Below are positions 18,789-28,148 of a stretch of DNA of 57,252 nt, in pieces. The translations under genes and the position numbers were made by a program. The stretch is from Verrucomicrobiota bacterium. Lineage in GTDB: Bacteria; Verrucomicrobiota; Verrucomicrobiia; Chthoniobacterales; UBA10450. The notes below the pieces were generated by a model that was not told the DNA's origin, did not search any database, and saw only the letters and a program-made list of their open reading frames with translations. Within the stretch, counting starts at the first letter, position 1. Every line of letters begins with the position of its first letter. The stretch lies in NCBI GenBank assembly GCA_046734635.1, contig JBKPRQ010000155.1:1-57252 (forward strand), read 5' to 3'.

Positions 18789-19829
18789 CTACACAAGCGT
18801 CTTACGAAGGTTTTCGGCGATTTTTTTGAACTCGGTGGCCACTGGAGACTTTGGATCTTCGCCCACAATTGGGATCCCGCGATCGCCCGATTCACGCGTG
18901 GCGATGTCGATCGGAATCTGACCGAGCAACGGGACGCGGAGTCGTTTCGCTTCGCGTTCGCCGCCGCCGCTACCAAAAATGTTGTAGCGTTTGCCGTCGG
19001 AAGGCGAGGCGAAATAGCTCATGTTCTCGATGAGGCCGAGCACAGGTACATTGACCTTCTCGAACATGGTAGAGGCTTTACGAGCATCGATGAGCGCAAC
19101 TTCCTGAGGCGTGGTTACCACAATCGCGCCGGAAAGCGCAACCGACTGGACAATCGTGAGCTGAATGTCACCGGTGCCCGGAGGCAGATCCAGCACCAGA
19201 TAATCCAGTTCACCCCATTCGACCTGCCGCAAAAATTGCTGGGTGTACCGCGTCACCATTGGTCCGCGCAAAATCGCCGGTGAAGTATCGTCGAGCAGAA
19301 ATCCCATCGACATGAGCCGCACTCCATATTGCTCGATCGGGACGATCTTATTCTCTTCCGTCGCCATTGGTCGCTCGCGCGTGCCGAACATCAATGAAAT
19401 GCTCGGGCCATAGATATCGCAATCGCACAAGCCGACGCGAGCGCCGGCCTGCTCCATAGCGACCGCAAGATTTGCAGCGATCGTCGATTTGCCTACTCCG
19501 CCTTTACCGCTTGCCACCGCAACCACGTGTCTGATCCCCGGGATTCGGGTGGCTCCCATGCCGGTGCCAGCGCCTGCCGGCGGCGCGTGAATATCGATCA
19601 AAACCTTTGCCGTCTGAACACCCTCGATGGTCCGCAGCGCTTTTTCAGCGTCGTTTTTGATTGCCGCTGGAATATTTGGATCATTCGTCGCCAGCGCGAT
19701 CTGAACCTTGACCTCGCCATCATCGATTTGGACCGATTTCACAAGACCGAATGAAACAATATCGCGAGTGAAGCCGGGATATTTCACCGACTTCAAAGCC
19801 TTCTTCACCCTCTCTTCGGAAATCGACAT
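18789..19829 (-). CDS. apbC: Mrp/ApbC/NBP35-family Fe-S cluster carrier ATPase
   Basis: N-terminal DUF59-like domain (ALKSVKYPGFTRDIVSFGLV), deviant Walker A VAVASGKGGVGKST, and the CDCD motif. Confidence 0.9.
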   Translation of the reverse strand: MSISEERVKKALKSVKYPGFTRDIVSFGLVKSVQIDDGEVKVQIALATNDPNIPAAIKNDAEKALRTIEGVQTAKVLIDIHAPPAGAGTGMGATRIPGIRHVVAVASGKGGVGKSTIAANLAVAMEQAGARVGLCDCDIYGPSISLMFGTRERPMATEENKIVPIEQYGVRLMSMGFLLDDTSPAILRGPMVTRYTQQFLRQVEWGELDYLVLDLPPGTGDIQLTIVQSVALSGAIVVTTPQEVALIDARKASTMFEKVNVPVLGLIENMSYFASPSDGKRYNIFGSGGGEREAKRLRVPLLGQIPIDIATRESGDRGIPIVGEDPKSPVATEFKKIAENLRKTLV

Positions 19830-19976
19830 CTCAGCAACTTACCCGCACCGCGCTAGAGGTAAACCCGTGTGCTCGGGTCCTCTTTCCACTGCGTTGTGCT
19901 AGCAGCAAATTCCAGACGCCAAAGTCGCAGTAGCCAAAGCGTTAAGGAGTCGCTGCGGTGACCGTTCCACCTACGG

Positions 19977-20819
19977 TTATCGTCCCTGATAATCCATTTT
20001 GTAGCGAATCTGATACTCGTTTCCGCCAGAAAAGCGGGAAGGTTGCTCGCGCCCTTTCGCTACGAAGTCCGGGTTTTGCCAGTCAGACCAGGCGCGATAT
20101 TTCTCCCTCATGGGATTGGCCGGCAGTTTGAGCCGGAAAAGCCGGTCTGTGTCGCCTGGAAATTTCAACACGAAGAACCGTTGCGAAGTACGGAAGTAAA
20201 GTTCGACGTAACCCGCGCGCACGGCCGGATTTTGAGGCGGATCGGTGTGCCAGTAACCTGGCATTGTGTTTCGGTCTGTATCGAGTTCCGGCTCAACGTT
20301 GGCAAGACTTTCGACGGACTGGCCGGCCGGCGGTTTCACTTCAAATTCCAGCAACGGCGTCGGTCCATTGATATTCAGAACATGCGGTTGTCCCGCATAC
20401 CAAATTCCAAAACCGGACACCGCAATAAGAACGAGCGATAAACAAACCGCTATCAACCCAAGAAAAAGATAAATCCCTCTTGTGCCACGCCAGTAAAGTG
20501 TAAGAAGAACCAGGCCCGGTGCGACCATGCACGTGACGAGCAGCGCGATGGCAGCGGCAAAATAGCCGGCCCCGCCTTCAAACGAAGAGACATGAAACGC
20601 GGCCGCGAGCGCTGCGCCCAAAGCGAAGCCGAGAAACAGTCCAGCCGCGATGCCGATAACTCCCGCGAGAATTCCGAAAAGAATTCCGCTGACGGAAAGT
20701 TTTTTTGTCGCGGGTTGCACCGGTGCAGTCAGGGCGAATTTGCCGACATGGACTTCTGGAGAAGGTCGATCCGCTGATGCGTTTTTGCGATCTCTACGAC
20801 GAGACCTGAATAGTTCCAT
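19977..20819 (-). CDS. Membrane protein, hypothetical (4 TM plus C-terminal soluble domain)
   Basis: 280-aa ORF with a Gly/Ala-rich TM bundle and then a roughly 140-aa soluble region. The annotated 5' end overlaps the upstream gene by 91 nt, so the true start is uncertain. Confidence 0.55.
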   Translation of the reverse strand: MELFRSRRRDRKNASADRPSPEVHVGKFALTAPVQPATKKLSVSGILFGILAGVIGIAAGLFLGFALGAALAAAFHVSSFEGGAGYFAAAIALLVTCMVAPGLVLLTLYWRGTRGIYLFLGLIAVCLSLVLIAVSGFGIWYAGQPHVLNINGPTPLLEFEVKPPAGQSVESLANVEPELDTDRNTMPGYWHTDPPQNPAVRAGYVELYFRTSQRFFVLKFPGDTDRLFRLKLPANPMREKYRAWSDWQNPDFVAKGREQPSRFSGGNEYQIRYKMDYQGR

Positions 20820-21181
20820 CTACCGAGTGATTTGTTTGCTGCGACGTAAATCGTCCCTTTCCCGTTTGGACCGGAAATCGGGACGGAGAGGTTTGCTTCT
20901 CCGGATGCGCCATTCACGTTTGTGTTTCCCGAGACAAGAAATCCCTCTGTAATGGGAGAGCCGAGGGCGTCGATTACGGCAGAGTCCGCTTTGGCTCGCG
21001 CCAAGGCTTCTTTGTAAACGTCAGTGGATTTCATCGCGCTGAACACGATCAACGCGATTGAGCAAGCGAAAGCGATGAACAATACCAACAAGCTGAAACA
21101 GCCAGTCGGAACGAACCATTTCCAGTTTCGCTGCCACCAGTTGGGTCTTGGCGTTAAAGGAACCGCCGGATTTTGCTCCAC
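20729..21181 (-). CDS. Coa1-like (cytochrome oxidase assembly factor 1 family) membrane-anchored protein
   Basis: NWWQRNWKWFVPTGCFSLLVLFIAF (N-terminal anchor), then ...YKEALARAKADSAVIDALGSPITEGFLVSGNTNVNGASGEANLSVPISGPNGKGTIYV. The family assignment is from memory of similar bacterial proteins. Confidence 0.55.
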   Translation of the reverse strand: MEQNPAVPLTPRPNWWQRNWKWFVPTGCFSLLVLFIAFACSIALIVFSAMKSTDVYKEALARAKADSAVIDALGSPITEGFLVSGNTNVNGASGEANLSVPISGPNGKGTIYVAANKSLGRWNYSGLVVEIAKTHQRIDLLQKSMSANSP

Positions 21182-21362
21182 GCAGCCTTTCTACTTCAGC
21201 GGCGAACATTTTTGCAATCATTCCTTATACCTGGCGCTCCGCTTCAGGCTTGGTTGGTCCTGTGCGGGCACCGGAAAGAACGTGCTACTCGCGTAGCATC
21301 AAAAGTAAGCGCCAGTCACTAAAGACAGCACGACTCAATTGGCGCCACTGCCTTTACAAGTT

Positions 21363-21602
21363 CTAGATTCGGTCTTTCAACTGCGTTTTGCCAGCCGTGC
21401 GCGCGCAATGAACGCAGCAGTAGATTTGTCCATCAGCTTCCACACCGTGCCCGACAATTCGGCAATTGCAGTGTGGGCAGACCGGCGCCAGGGCGTGGAT
21501 CGCGCATTCGAAGCTATCGAATGTGTGATGCTTTCCGGCTACGACCACTTCGAACGCCTTGTCATATTCATTTTCGCAAACTTCGCACGTACCCATACAC
21601 AA
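21363..21602 (-). CDS. Small Cys/His-rich putative metal-binding protein
   Basis: 79 aa with 10 Cys, including CEVCENEYD, CPHCNC and CCVHC clusters. Confidence 0.65.
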   Translation of the reverse strand: MCMGTCEVCENEYDKAFEVVVAGKHHTFDSFECAIHALAPVCPHCNCRIVGHGVEADGQIYCCVHCARTAGKTQLKDRI

Positions 21603-21697
21603 TTGTTTCGCTCCTCGGGAGCTTTGCGGTGGTGTCCGCCTGCCATTGAGGCAGTAGAGATCACCGAGGAAAGTGATAGTTTCCTTCGGAGGCGGCT

Positions 21698-22183
21698 ATG
21701 GAAATACCAAAGCACCTGATCGACTGTCTGAAAGAAAACAAAGTCTCTTACGAGGTTCTGACTCATCCCGAGGCAGTAACCGCGCAACGAATCGCCCAGG
21801 CCGAGCATGTGAAAGGTCGTTATCATGCCAAGGTCGTCATGGTCAAATCGGGCGATCAGCATTTAATGATGGTGCTGCCAGCGGACCACCATATTGATCT
21901 GGAGAAGATCGAGAAAGCGATCGGCAAAGCTGTCTCGCTCGGAAAGGAACAGGAATTCAAATCACTGTTCCCTGACTGCGCGATTGGAGCGATGCCTCCC
22001 TTCGGGAATCTCTATGGTCTGCCAACGTACGTTGACCAGGATCTGGCAGAACAGGACTACATCGTGTTCGAAGCAGGCACACACACCGACGCGATCAAAA
22101 TGAGTTATCGCGATTACGAGAAGATTGTGAAGCCAAAGGTAAACGATCTGGCGATCAAGCTGCAGCCCATGAAAGGAGCATAA
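21698..22183 (+). CDS. YbaK/EbsC-type aminoacyl-tRNA editing-domain protein
   Basis: 161 aa with ...YEVLTHPEAVTAQRIAQAEHVKG...AKVVMVKSGDQHLMMVLPADHHIDLEKI...GAMPPFGNLYG.... Confidence 0.75.
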   Translation: MEIPKHLIDCLKENKVSYEVLTHPEAVTAQRIAQAEHVKGRYHAKVVMVKSGDQHLMMVLPADHHIDLEKIEKAIGKAVSLGKEQEFKSLFPDCAIGAMPPFGNLYGLPTYVDQDLAEQDYIVFEAGTHTDAIKMSYRDYEKIVKPKVNDLAIKLQPMKGA

Positions 22184-22184
22184 C

Positions 22185-23531
22185 TTGCGCATCACAGCGC
22201 AGCCCGTGAGGAAAGCTCGCATTCCAAGTGCAGTCACGGGGTTTGTTCTCTGGCTTGCTTGCGCAGTTGCGGCAACACCTGTCGCAGCGGAAAAGGTTTC
22301 TCTTATTAATATCGACGGAGCGATTGGGCCAGCGACGGCCAGTTACATAGCGCGCAGTATCGACGAAGCTCAGGCGCAGAACGCTCAATGTCTGATCATT
22401 CAACTAAACACGCCTGGTGGCCTGCTCGATTCAACACAGAAGATTGTCCAGAGCTTTCTCGGTTCCCCGGTGCCGGTTGTCGTTTACGTCGCTCCAACCG
22501 GCGCCACAGCAACCAGCGCAGGTTGTTTCATCACCGTCGCAGCCAGCGTCGCCGCCATGGCGCCGGCCACGACAATTGGGGCCGCGCATCCGGTCTCGAT
22601 AGGCGGTATTCCCAGCGGTGGAGAGGAAAAGACCGACGAAACGATGAAACAGAAGTTGGAAAATTTTTCGGTGAGCTACATCGAGACAATCGCTGGCAAG
22701 CGCCAGCGTAACGTCGAATGGGCCAAGTCGGCGGTGAAAGAAAGTGCATCGATCACCGCTGAAAAAGCGCTGCAGCTAAAAGTCATTGATCTGATCGCCT
22801 CCGATATTTCTGATCTGTTACAAAAATTGAACGGTCGCGTGGCGGATGGGAAAACGCTCAAGACAGCGGGTGCTGAGGTCTCGGAGATCAAGATGTCGGC
22901 GTCGGAACATGTTTTTCAAAAACTGTGGCGACCAGAAGTGATGTTCATTCTGATGCTCATCGCGATCTATGGAATCATTGGTGAACTGACCACACCGGGA
23001 GCGATTCTTCCCGGGGTCGTAGGAGCGATCGCGCTGGTCCTGGCGCTTTATCTCGCCGCCGTTTTGCCAGTCAACGTCACCGGACTCGTTTTGATCGCGC
23101 TGGCTTTGATGCTTTTTGTTTTCGATGTTTATGCAACTACCCACGGCGTCTTGACCGTAGGCGGCATCATTGCGTTCCTGATCGGTTCCCTGATGCTGTT
23201 CAATCGCGCTGATCCGCTGTTTCGGTTATCGCTCAATTACATCATTCCGGCGACGTTGGTGACTGCAGCGTTCTTTATTTTCGTCATTGGAAAAGGTCTG
23301 CGCGCGCAACGGTTACCGGTGAAGGTCGGGGCGGAAACACTCATTGGAAAAACGGTGACTGCATTGACTCCAGTTGATTCGCGCAGCGGCAGGATTTTCG
23401 TCGAAGGCGAATACTGGAACGCTGTCAGCGATACGCCGATCGAAAAGGACGAACCGGCTGAGATCGCGGCCGTACAAGGGTTAACTGTAAAACTGCAACC
23501 TAAAGGAAAACATAGCCATGGAATCAATTGA
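22185..23531 (+). CDS. nfeD: NfeD-family membrane-bound ClpP-class serine protease
   Basis: TTG start. N-terminal ClpP-like domain ([15 protein letters not shown]..., [13 protein letters not shown]), a central TM bundle, and a C-terminal NfeD OB-fold ([15 protein letters not shown]). Confidence 0.85.
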   Translation: MRITAQPVRKARIPSAVTGFVLWLACAVAATPVAAEKVSLINIDGAIGPATASYIARSIDEAQAQNAQCLIIQLNTPGGLLDSTQKIVQSFLGSPVPVVVYVAPTGATATSAGCFITVAASVAAMAPATTIGAAHPVSIGGIPSGGEEKTDETMKQKLENFSVSYIETIAGKRQRNVEWAKSAVKESASITAEKALQLKVIDLIASDISDLLQKLNGRVADGKTLKTAGAEVSEIKMSASEHVFQKLWRPEVMFILMLIAIYGIIGELTTPGAILPGVVGAIALVLALYLAAVLPVNVTGLVLIALALMLFVFDVYATTHGVLTVGGIIAFLIGSLMLFNRADPLFRLSLNYIIPATLVTAAFFIFVIGKGLRAQRLPVKVGAETLIGKTVTALTPVDSRSGRIFVEGEYWNAVSDTPIEKDEPAEIAAVQGLTVKLQPKGKHSHGIN

Positions 23532-24303
23532 AGCTTTGCCGCGATTAATCGGTTGGGCCATCCCGATCATTATTCTCATCATCATTGTCCTGCCGCAGGC
23601 CGTTCGCGTCCTGCGCGAATATGAGCGTGGCGTCATTTTTCGTTTGGGAAAATTGCTGGGGGCAAAAGGACCGGGTCTGATTCTTCTCATCCCGATCGTT
23701 GATCGCATGGTGCGAATGGATTTGCGCGTTGTCACCATCAGCGTCGAGAAGCAGGAGGTGATGACGCGTGACAACGTGCCGGTAACGGTCGATGCGGTTG
23801 TTTATTTCCGCGTGGTCGATCCGCAAGCCGCCGTCGTGAAAGTCGAGAACTTTCTCAAAGCGACTTCGCTGATGTCGCAGACGACGCTGCGCAGCGTCCT
23901 CGGCCAGGCCCCCTTGGACGACCTGCTTTCGCAGCGCGAGTCGATCAACCAGAAGTTGCAGGAGATCATCGACCGGCAAACTGAACCATGGGGTGTGAAA
24001 GTCACGGCCGTCGAGGTAAAGGACGTTGCGCTGCCCGACACGATGAAGCGCGCGATGGCGAAGCAGGCTGAAGCCGAGCGCGAGCGTCGCGCAAAGATCG
24101 TCAACGCCGAGGGCGAATTTCAAGCTGCGGAAAAAATGGTGCAAGCAGCGGCGATGATGAGCAAGGAGCCAATTGCGCTGCAACTGCGTTTCCTCCAAAC
24201 CATGCGCGAAATTTCCAGCGAACATAACACCACGACTTTTTTCCCCCTTCCGATCGATCTCTTGACGGCATTAATCAAGAAGGGCGAACCCCCCAAGTCG
24301 TAG
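23518..24303 (+). CDS. SPFH / band-7 (stomatin-like) protein
   Basis: [36 protein letters not shown]...VDLRV...[18 protein letters not shown]. It overlaps the nfeD stop by 14 nt, the classic nfeD-stomatin pair. Confidence 0.9.
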   Translation: MESIEALPRLIGWAIPIIILIIIVLPQAVRVLREYERGVIFRLGKLLGAKGPGLILLIPIVDRMVRMDLRVVTISVEKQEVMTRDNVPVTVDAVVYFRVVDPQAAVVKVENFLKATSLMSQTTLRSVLGQAPLDDLLSQRESINQKLQEIIDRQTEPWGVKVTAVEVKDVALPDTMKRAMAKQAEAERERRAKIVNAEGEFQAAEKMVQAAAMMSKEPIALQLRFLQTMREISSEHNTTTFFPLPIDLLTALIKKGEPPKS

Positions 24304-24336
24304 GACGATTAACGTCCGCACGCTGGAGATCAATCC

Positions 24337-25971
24337 GTGTCCGATACTCAAGAACGGCTGTTTGCTTTTCTTGAATCGCCTGAGTCGTATCCTCACAAGC
24401 CAACGGAAGTTCGCGCAATTCAGACCCACATCTCATTGGTCTTCATTGCGTCTCCGTTTGTCTTCAAAGTGAAGAAACCGGTGAACCTGGGATTTCTCGA
24501 TTTCAGCACGCTTGAGAAGCGGCACCACTTTTGCCAGCGCGAGATTGCACTGAATCGACGACTCGCTCCTGAAATCTACCTGGGAGTTGTCCCGATCCAC
24601 AAAACAACTTCTGGTTTTTCCTTTAACGACGAAGGCGAGATCGTCGAATACGCCGTTAAAATGAAGGAGCTACCGAATGGTTTCTTCTTAAACGAATTAC
24701 TCGAGAAACATTTGGTCGGCGAAAAAGAAATCAATCGGGTGATCTCTGTCCTGCATCGATTCTATCAGGCCGAGACGGCGACGCCGCAGATCGAGAAGTG
24801 GGGTACGCCCGAAAAGTTAAAGATCAGCACCGACGAGAATTTTGCACAGGTCGAGTCTTTCATAGGCAAGACAATTTCATCTGTCGCTTTCGAGGCGATT
24901 CGCCATTACACGAACCAGTTCTACAAGCTGAATGAGGGCTTGTTCCATCAACGCATACAGCAACATCGGATTCTCGATTGCCATGGCGATTTGCGTCTCG
25001 ACCATGTTCATCTCGCTCCGAAAGAGACCAGCATCTTCGATTGCATTGAGTTTAACGATCGGTTTCGCTTCATCGATATCGCCAACGATCTCGCCTTTCT
25101 GGCGATGGATTTCGATTTCAAAGGCCGAAGCGACCTGGGAAACCTGTTTCTCCGAAATGCTGCACGCCAACTAGATGACCTTGGAATGCTAAAGATCACG
25201 AATTTCTATAAGTGCTATCGCGCCTTTGTGCGTGGCAAGGTCGAAAGCATCCAGGCTGCAGAAAAAGAAACGAAAAATCGGCAGGAGCACGAAAGACAAG
25301 CCGCCCGCTATTTCCGCCTCGCACTTCGATACGCCGTCGCCGGTTCGGAGCCATTGATTGTTGTCGTGATGGGTCGGATCGGCACGGGCAAGAGCACTAT
25401 CGCGCAACGACTCGCCGCTAAGTTGGATTGGCCGTCCTTTTCTTCCGATGAGATTCGCAAAACACTCGCCGGCATTTCGGTTACTAAACGAGCGGTGGCA
25501 GAGGTGCGCGACAAGATCTATTCAGCGCGAATGACGCAACGAACTTACAGGAAGCTTGTTAGAGACGGCCTCGCTGCGATTGGCTGTAACCGAGGGCGTC
25601 GACTCCCGCCGCTTCAACCTCATGACGGCGTCATCCTCGACGCTACATTCTCCACACACGCGCTTCGTAAATTTCTCCGTGACGAATGCAAGAAAGCGAA
25701 GGTGCCAATTCAGTTCATCGAACTCGAGGTCGATTCTAAAGAAATCAAAAAGCGGCTGAAAGATCGCGATAAAAAAACGGCTGAGACGTCCGACGCACGT
25801 CTCGAAGACTTCGAGAAATTGAGCGCTGCCTATGAGCCGCCATCTGAACTCGAGCCTGACTTGATCAGCATTTCGACTGCGAACACTATCTCCGACGCTG
25901 TGAAAACAATCCTCCTGTGCCTGGCCGGAAAGCAAGCAATCGTGGCCATTGACGCCATCGGATCTGGCTAG
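24337..25971 (+). CDS. Bifunctional aminoglycoside-phosphotransferase-like kinase / P-loop (AAA_33-type) ATP-binding protein
   Basis: N-terminal IQTHISLVFIASPFVFKVKKPVNLGFLDFSTLEKRHHFCQREIALNRRLAP, an APH-like HGDLRLDHV, and a C-terminal Walker A VVMGRIGTGKST. Confidence 0.75.
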   Translation: MSDTQERLFAFLESPESYPHKPTEVRAIQTHISLVFIASPFVFKVKKPVNLGFLDFSTLEKRHHFCQREIALNRRLAPEIYLGVVPIHKTTSGFSFNDEGEIVEYAVKMKELPNGFFLNELLEKHLVGEKEINRVISVLHRFYQAETATPQIEKWGTPEKLKISTDENFAQVESFIGKTISSVAFEAIRHYTNQFYKLNEGLFHQRIQQHRILDCHGDLRLDHVHLAPKETSIFDCIEFNDRFRFIDIANDLAFLAMDFDFKGRSDLGNLFLRNAARQLDDLGMLKITNFYKCYRAFVRGKVESIQAAEKETKNRQEHERQAARYFRLALRYAVAGSEPLIVVVMGRIGTGKSTIAQRLAAKLDWPSFSSDEIRKTLAGISVTKRAVAEVRDKIYSARMTQRTYRKLVRDGLAAIGCNRGRRLPPLQPHDGVILDATFSTHALRKFLRDECKKAKVPIQFIELEVDSKEIKKRLKDRDKKTAETSDARLEDFEKLSAAYEPPSELEPDLISISTANTISDAVKTILLCLAGKQAIVAIDAIGSG

Positions 25972-26708
25972 GCGATTTCGTCTACTACCTTTCCGATTTG
26001 CTGGCGAAAAAGTTTGGCACCGCCGGAAGCGGGATGGCGAATTCGATGGGATTCCACATTCAGTTCCTTCAGTTGCGACGCGGCGACATTGCCAAGCGCT
26101 ACGATTTCGTCGCACGGAAAAAGATTGAGGAAAATTTTGAGCATCGACAGGCCTGCGGATCGCTCTTTTTGTGTAGGCATCCGATTGCTCAACATGCCGC
26201 GACGCGGATTAAATGAATGCCACGGGAACGCATTCCACAGCACGAATTCCTCTGGCTTTACGCCAAGCCTGAGCAAGGAGCCCCAAACAATCGTCGCTGT
26301 CGGCTCGGAAAAGCCGTCCGGGCATTTCTCAGGTTGGCTGGTGCGGCGCGGCTTGATGCCTTCAATCACCTGTAGCGGAGGTCTGTGACCGCCCTGCTTG
26401 CTTCTGGGAGGTCGGCAATCATAGAGCGCCGCTACAATTTCTTTCTTTTTTCCCAGCAGGATTCGCTCGGAGGTCATGGGAATTCCGCTGAAATGGCCGC
26501 CGCGATAACCCAGCGCTTCACCAATCACAACGAGCTTCACGCCGCCGAGGCGTCTGCGAAGATAAGCGCGCAAATGTCTTCTTCGAATGGCAGGCGCATT
26601 GCGATCGCCATCGTTTTCTTTATCCACCTGCCACCACGGGTTAAAGACGGCGCCCGGTGGCGACTCTTTCAATAGTCGCAGGAAGTCGTCGATTACTTGG
26701 AAAGACAT
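25968..26708 (-). CDS. Uracil-DNA glycosylase superfamily protein carrying an in-frame repeat insertion
   Basis: LVVIGEALGYRGGHFSGIPMTSE (GEAxG-type motif), FVLWNAFPWH, and a C-terminal HPASGG. Codons encoding ...[22 protein letters not shown]... are the palindromic element at 26370-26437. Confidence 0.7.
   Translation of the reverse strand: MSFQVIDDFLRLLKESPPGAVFNPWWQVDKENDGDRNAPAIRRRHLRAYLRRRLGGVKLVVIGEALGYRGGHFSGIPMTSERILLGKKKEIVAALYDCRPPRSKQGGHRPPLQVIEGIKPRRTSQPEKCPDGFSEPTATIVWGSLLRLGVKPEEFVLWNAFPWHSFNPRRGMLSNRMPTQKERSAGLSMLKIFLNLFPCDEIVALGNVAASQLKELNVESHRIRHPASGGAKLFRQQIGKVVDEIA
26370..26437. repeat. Double-hairpin palindromic element, copy 3 (inside a CDS)
   Basis: CTGTAG-CGGAGGTC-TGT-GACCGCC ... 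ATCATAGAGCGCC-GCTACAA. It has the same ends and arm structure as copies 1 and 2, slightly decayed. Confidence 0.75.
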
Positions 26709-26800
26709 CGGTGCGAATAAATTTCAACGCGGACGTGACGCAGGCAATCGCGCCTGCGAGATTTGGGTTCGCAGACCGGATTGCCTGCGTGACGTTTCCC

Positions 26801-27604
26801 ATGCCAGAGTTGCCTGAGGTTGAAATATTCAAACGATACCTTGACGCCACATCGTTGCACCAGCGCATCGCTAACGTCGATGTGCGAAATGCGTACATCT
26901 TGAAAGGGACTTCAGCGCGAGAGCTTGCGAGTGGATTGAAAGGGCGCAGTCTCGAATCGACTCGGCGCCATGGCAAAAATCTGTTTGTACGCGCCGATGA
27001 TGGGCTTTGGTTGCGGCTCCACTTCGGCATGACCGGCTCGCTTGAGTATTCCAAAAACGACAAGCGAGCGCCGCGGCACGCGCGAGTGGTCTTTAGTTTC
27101 GCCAACAACCGTCGCCTCGCGTTCGATGATCAACGTCAGTTCGGCCAGATCGAGTTATTGAAAGATGTCGATGAGTGTTTGAAAAAGCGCGCACTGGGAC
27201 CGGACGCACTCAAGCTCGATCTCACGAAATTCAAAAAAATTCTGGGGAGACGCCGCGGCGCCGTGAAATCGATTCTACTCAACCAGAAACTGATCGCAGG
27301 CATTGGAAATCTTTACGCGGACGAGATTCTTTTCCGCGCGCAGATCCATCCGGCGGTCGAAATCTCTCGCCTGAACGACAAGCTCCTCACAAAACTCTTC
27401 CGGGCCACTCATTACGTCTTGCGAAAAGCGATCGCGGCAAAGGCCGATACCAATCAGATGCCACAAACATGGCTGCTGCCACATCGTGGGAAAGGTGGGA
27501 GATGTCCTCGTTGTGGGAGGAAACTCAGATCAGCGACGATCGGTGGGCGCACCGCGTGGTTTTGTCCGCATTGTCAGAAGCGCGTTACGCCTGCGATTTT
27601 CTAG
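26801..27604 (+). CDS. mutM: Fpg/Nei-family DNA glycosylase / AP lyase
   Basis: Canonical N-terminus MPELPEVE (catalytic Pro2/Glu3), H2TH (LLNQKLIAGIGNLYADEILF), and a C-terminal zinc finger CPRCGRKL...WFCPHCQ. The track start at 26657 is an upstream extension. Confidence 0.85.
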   Translation: MPELPEVEIFKRYLDATSLHQRIANVDVRNAYILKGTSARELASGLKGRSLESTRRHGKNLFVRADDGLWLRLHFGMTGSLEYSKNDKRAPRHARVVFSFANNRRLAFDDQRQFGQIELLKDVDECLKKRALGPDALKLDLTKFKKILGRRRGAVKSILLNQKLIAGIGNLYADEILFRAQIHPAVEISRLNDKLLTKLFRATHYVLRKAIAAKADTNQMPQTWLLPHRGKGGRCPRCGRKLRSATIGGRTAWFCPHCQKRVTPAIF

Positions 27605-27683
27605 ATTTCGCAACACGCCGCCGGTGCACGTTTATTTCCCGAACTGGCTTGCTGCTATTTTACCGAATCGCTATTCTGCACAT

Positions 27684-28094
27684 ATGAAATGGGACCGCAC
27701 TGCCTTGCTGGCTTCGATTGCTTTAGTTGCGACTGCCTCCGCCATGTTTTCAGCGGAGCCGACCTGGGCAGGCGAGTACGCAGACAAAAAATTCTTGAAT
27801 GGTCAGGCGGTTTTTCAAATGAGCATTCAGCAATCGGGAAATGCGATTCAGGTGGCGTTCGATGCTGCCTACGTCGATGCGCACGGCGCAGCGCCCGAGG
27901 GCGATGGTCGGGCAAACATCACCGGCGCGAATACACTGGAGTTCAAATGGGAAGACAGTTTTAAGAACTCCGGCACTGGGACGATTGCTCGTGCGGGCAA
28001 GGACATCGTCGTGTCGATGAAGACGACGCGAGTAGTCGATTCACGTTGCCTCGCTTTCTACGGGCAGAACATGCGGCTCAAACGCGTGAAGTAA
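27684..28094 (+). CDS. Secreted hypothetical protein
   Basis: MKWDRTALLASIALVATASAMFSA signal peptide followed by a 110-aa domain of unknown function. The track ORF (27486) is extended upstream into the mutM 3' end. Confidence 0.55.
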   Translation: MKWDRTALLASIALVATASAMFSAEPTWAGEYADKKFLNGQAVFQMSIQQSGNAIQVAFDAAYVDAHGAAPEGDGRANITGANTLEFKWEDSFKNSGTGTIARAGKDIVVSMKTTRVVDSRCLAFYGQNMRLKRVK

Positions 28095-28102
28095 AGTGGG
28101 TA

Positions 28103-28144
28103 GGTCATCGCGCTGCAATGACCGGACGCCGCAGCGCGGCGTCC
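28103..28144. terminator. Two adjacent GC-rich hairpins at a convergent gene junction (possible bidirectional terminator or repeat)
   Basis: GGTCAT-cgcgctgca-ATGACC, immediately followed by GGACGCCGC-agc-GCGGCGTCC (9-bp stem). No U-tract on either strand. Confidence 0.4.
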
Positions 28145-28148
28145 CTAT

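Noticed and set aside
23545-24225. Long antisense ORFs opposite well-supported genes, e.g. 23545-24225, 30485-31135, 16876-17478, 38230-38832, 39286-39807, 41255-41698 and 45708-46325.
   Set aside because: Each is antisense to a gene with clear family motifs and has Arg/Ala/Gly-skewed composition typical of GC-rich non-coding frames.
26657-26800. Upstream extension of the Fpg/MutM ORF.
   Set aside because: Fpg/Nei enzymes require Pro2 as the N-terminal nucleophile after Met removal. MPELPEVE begins at 26801.
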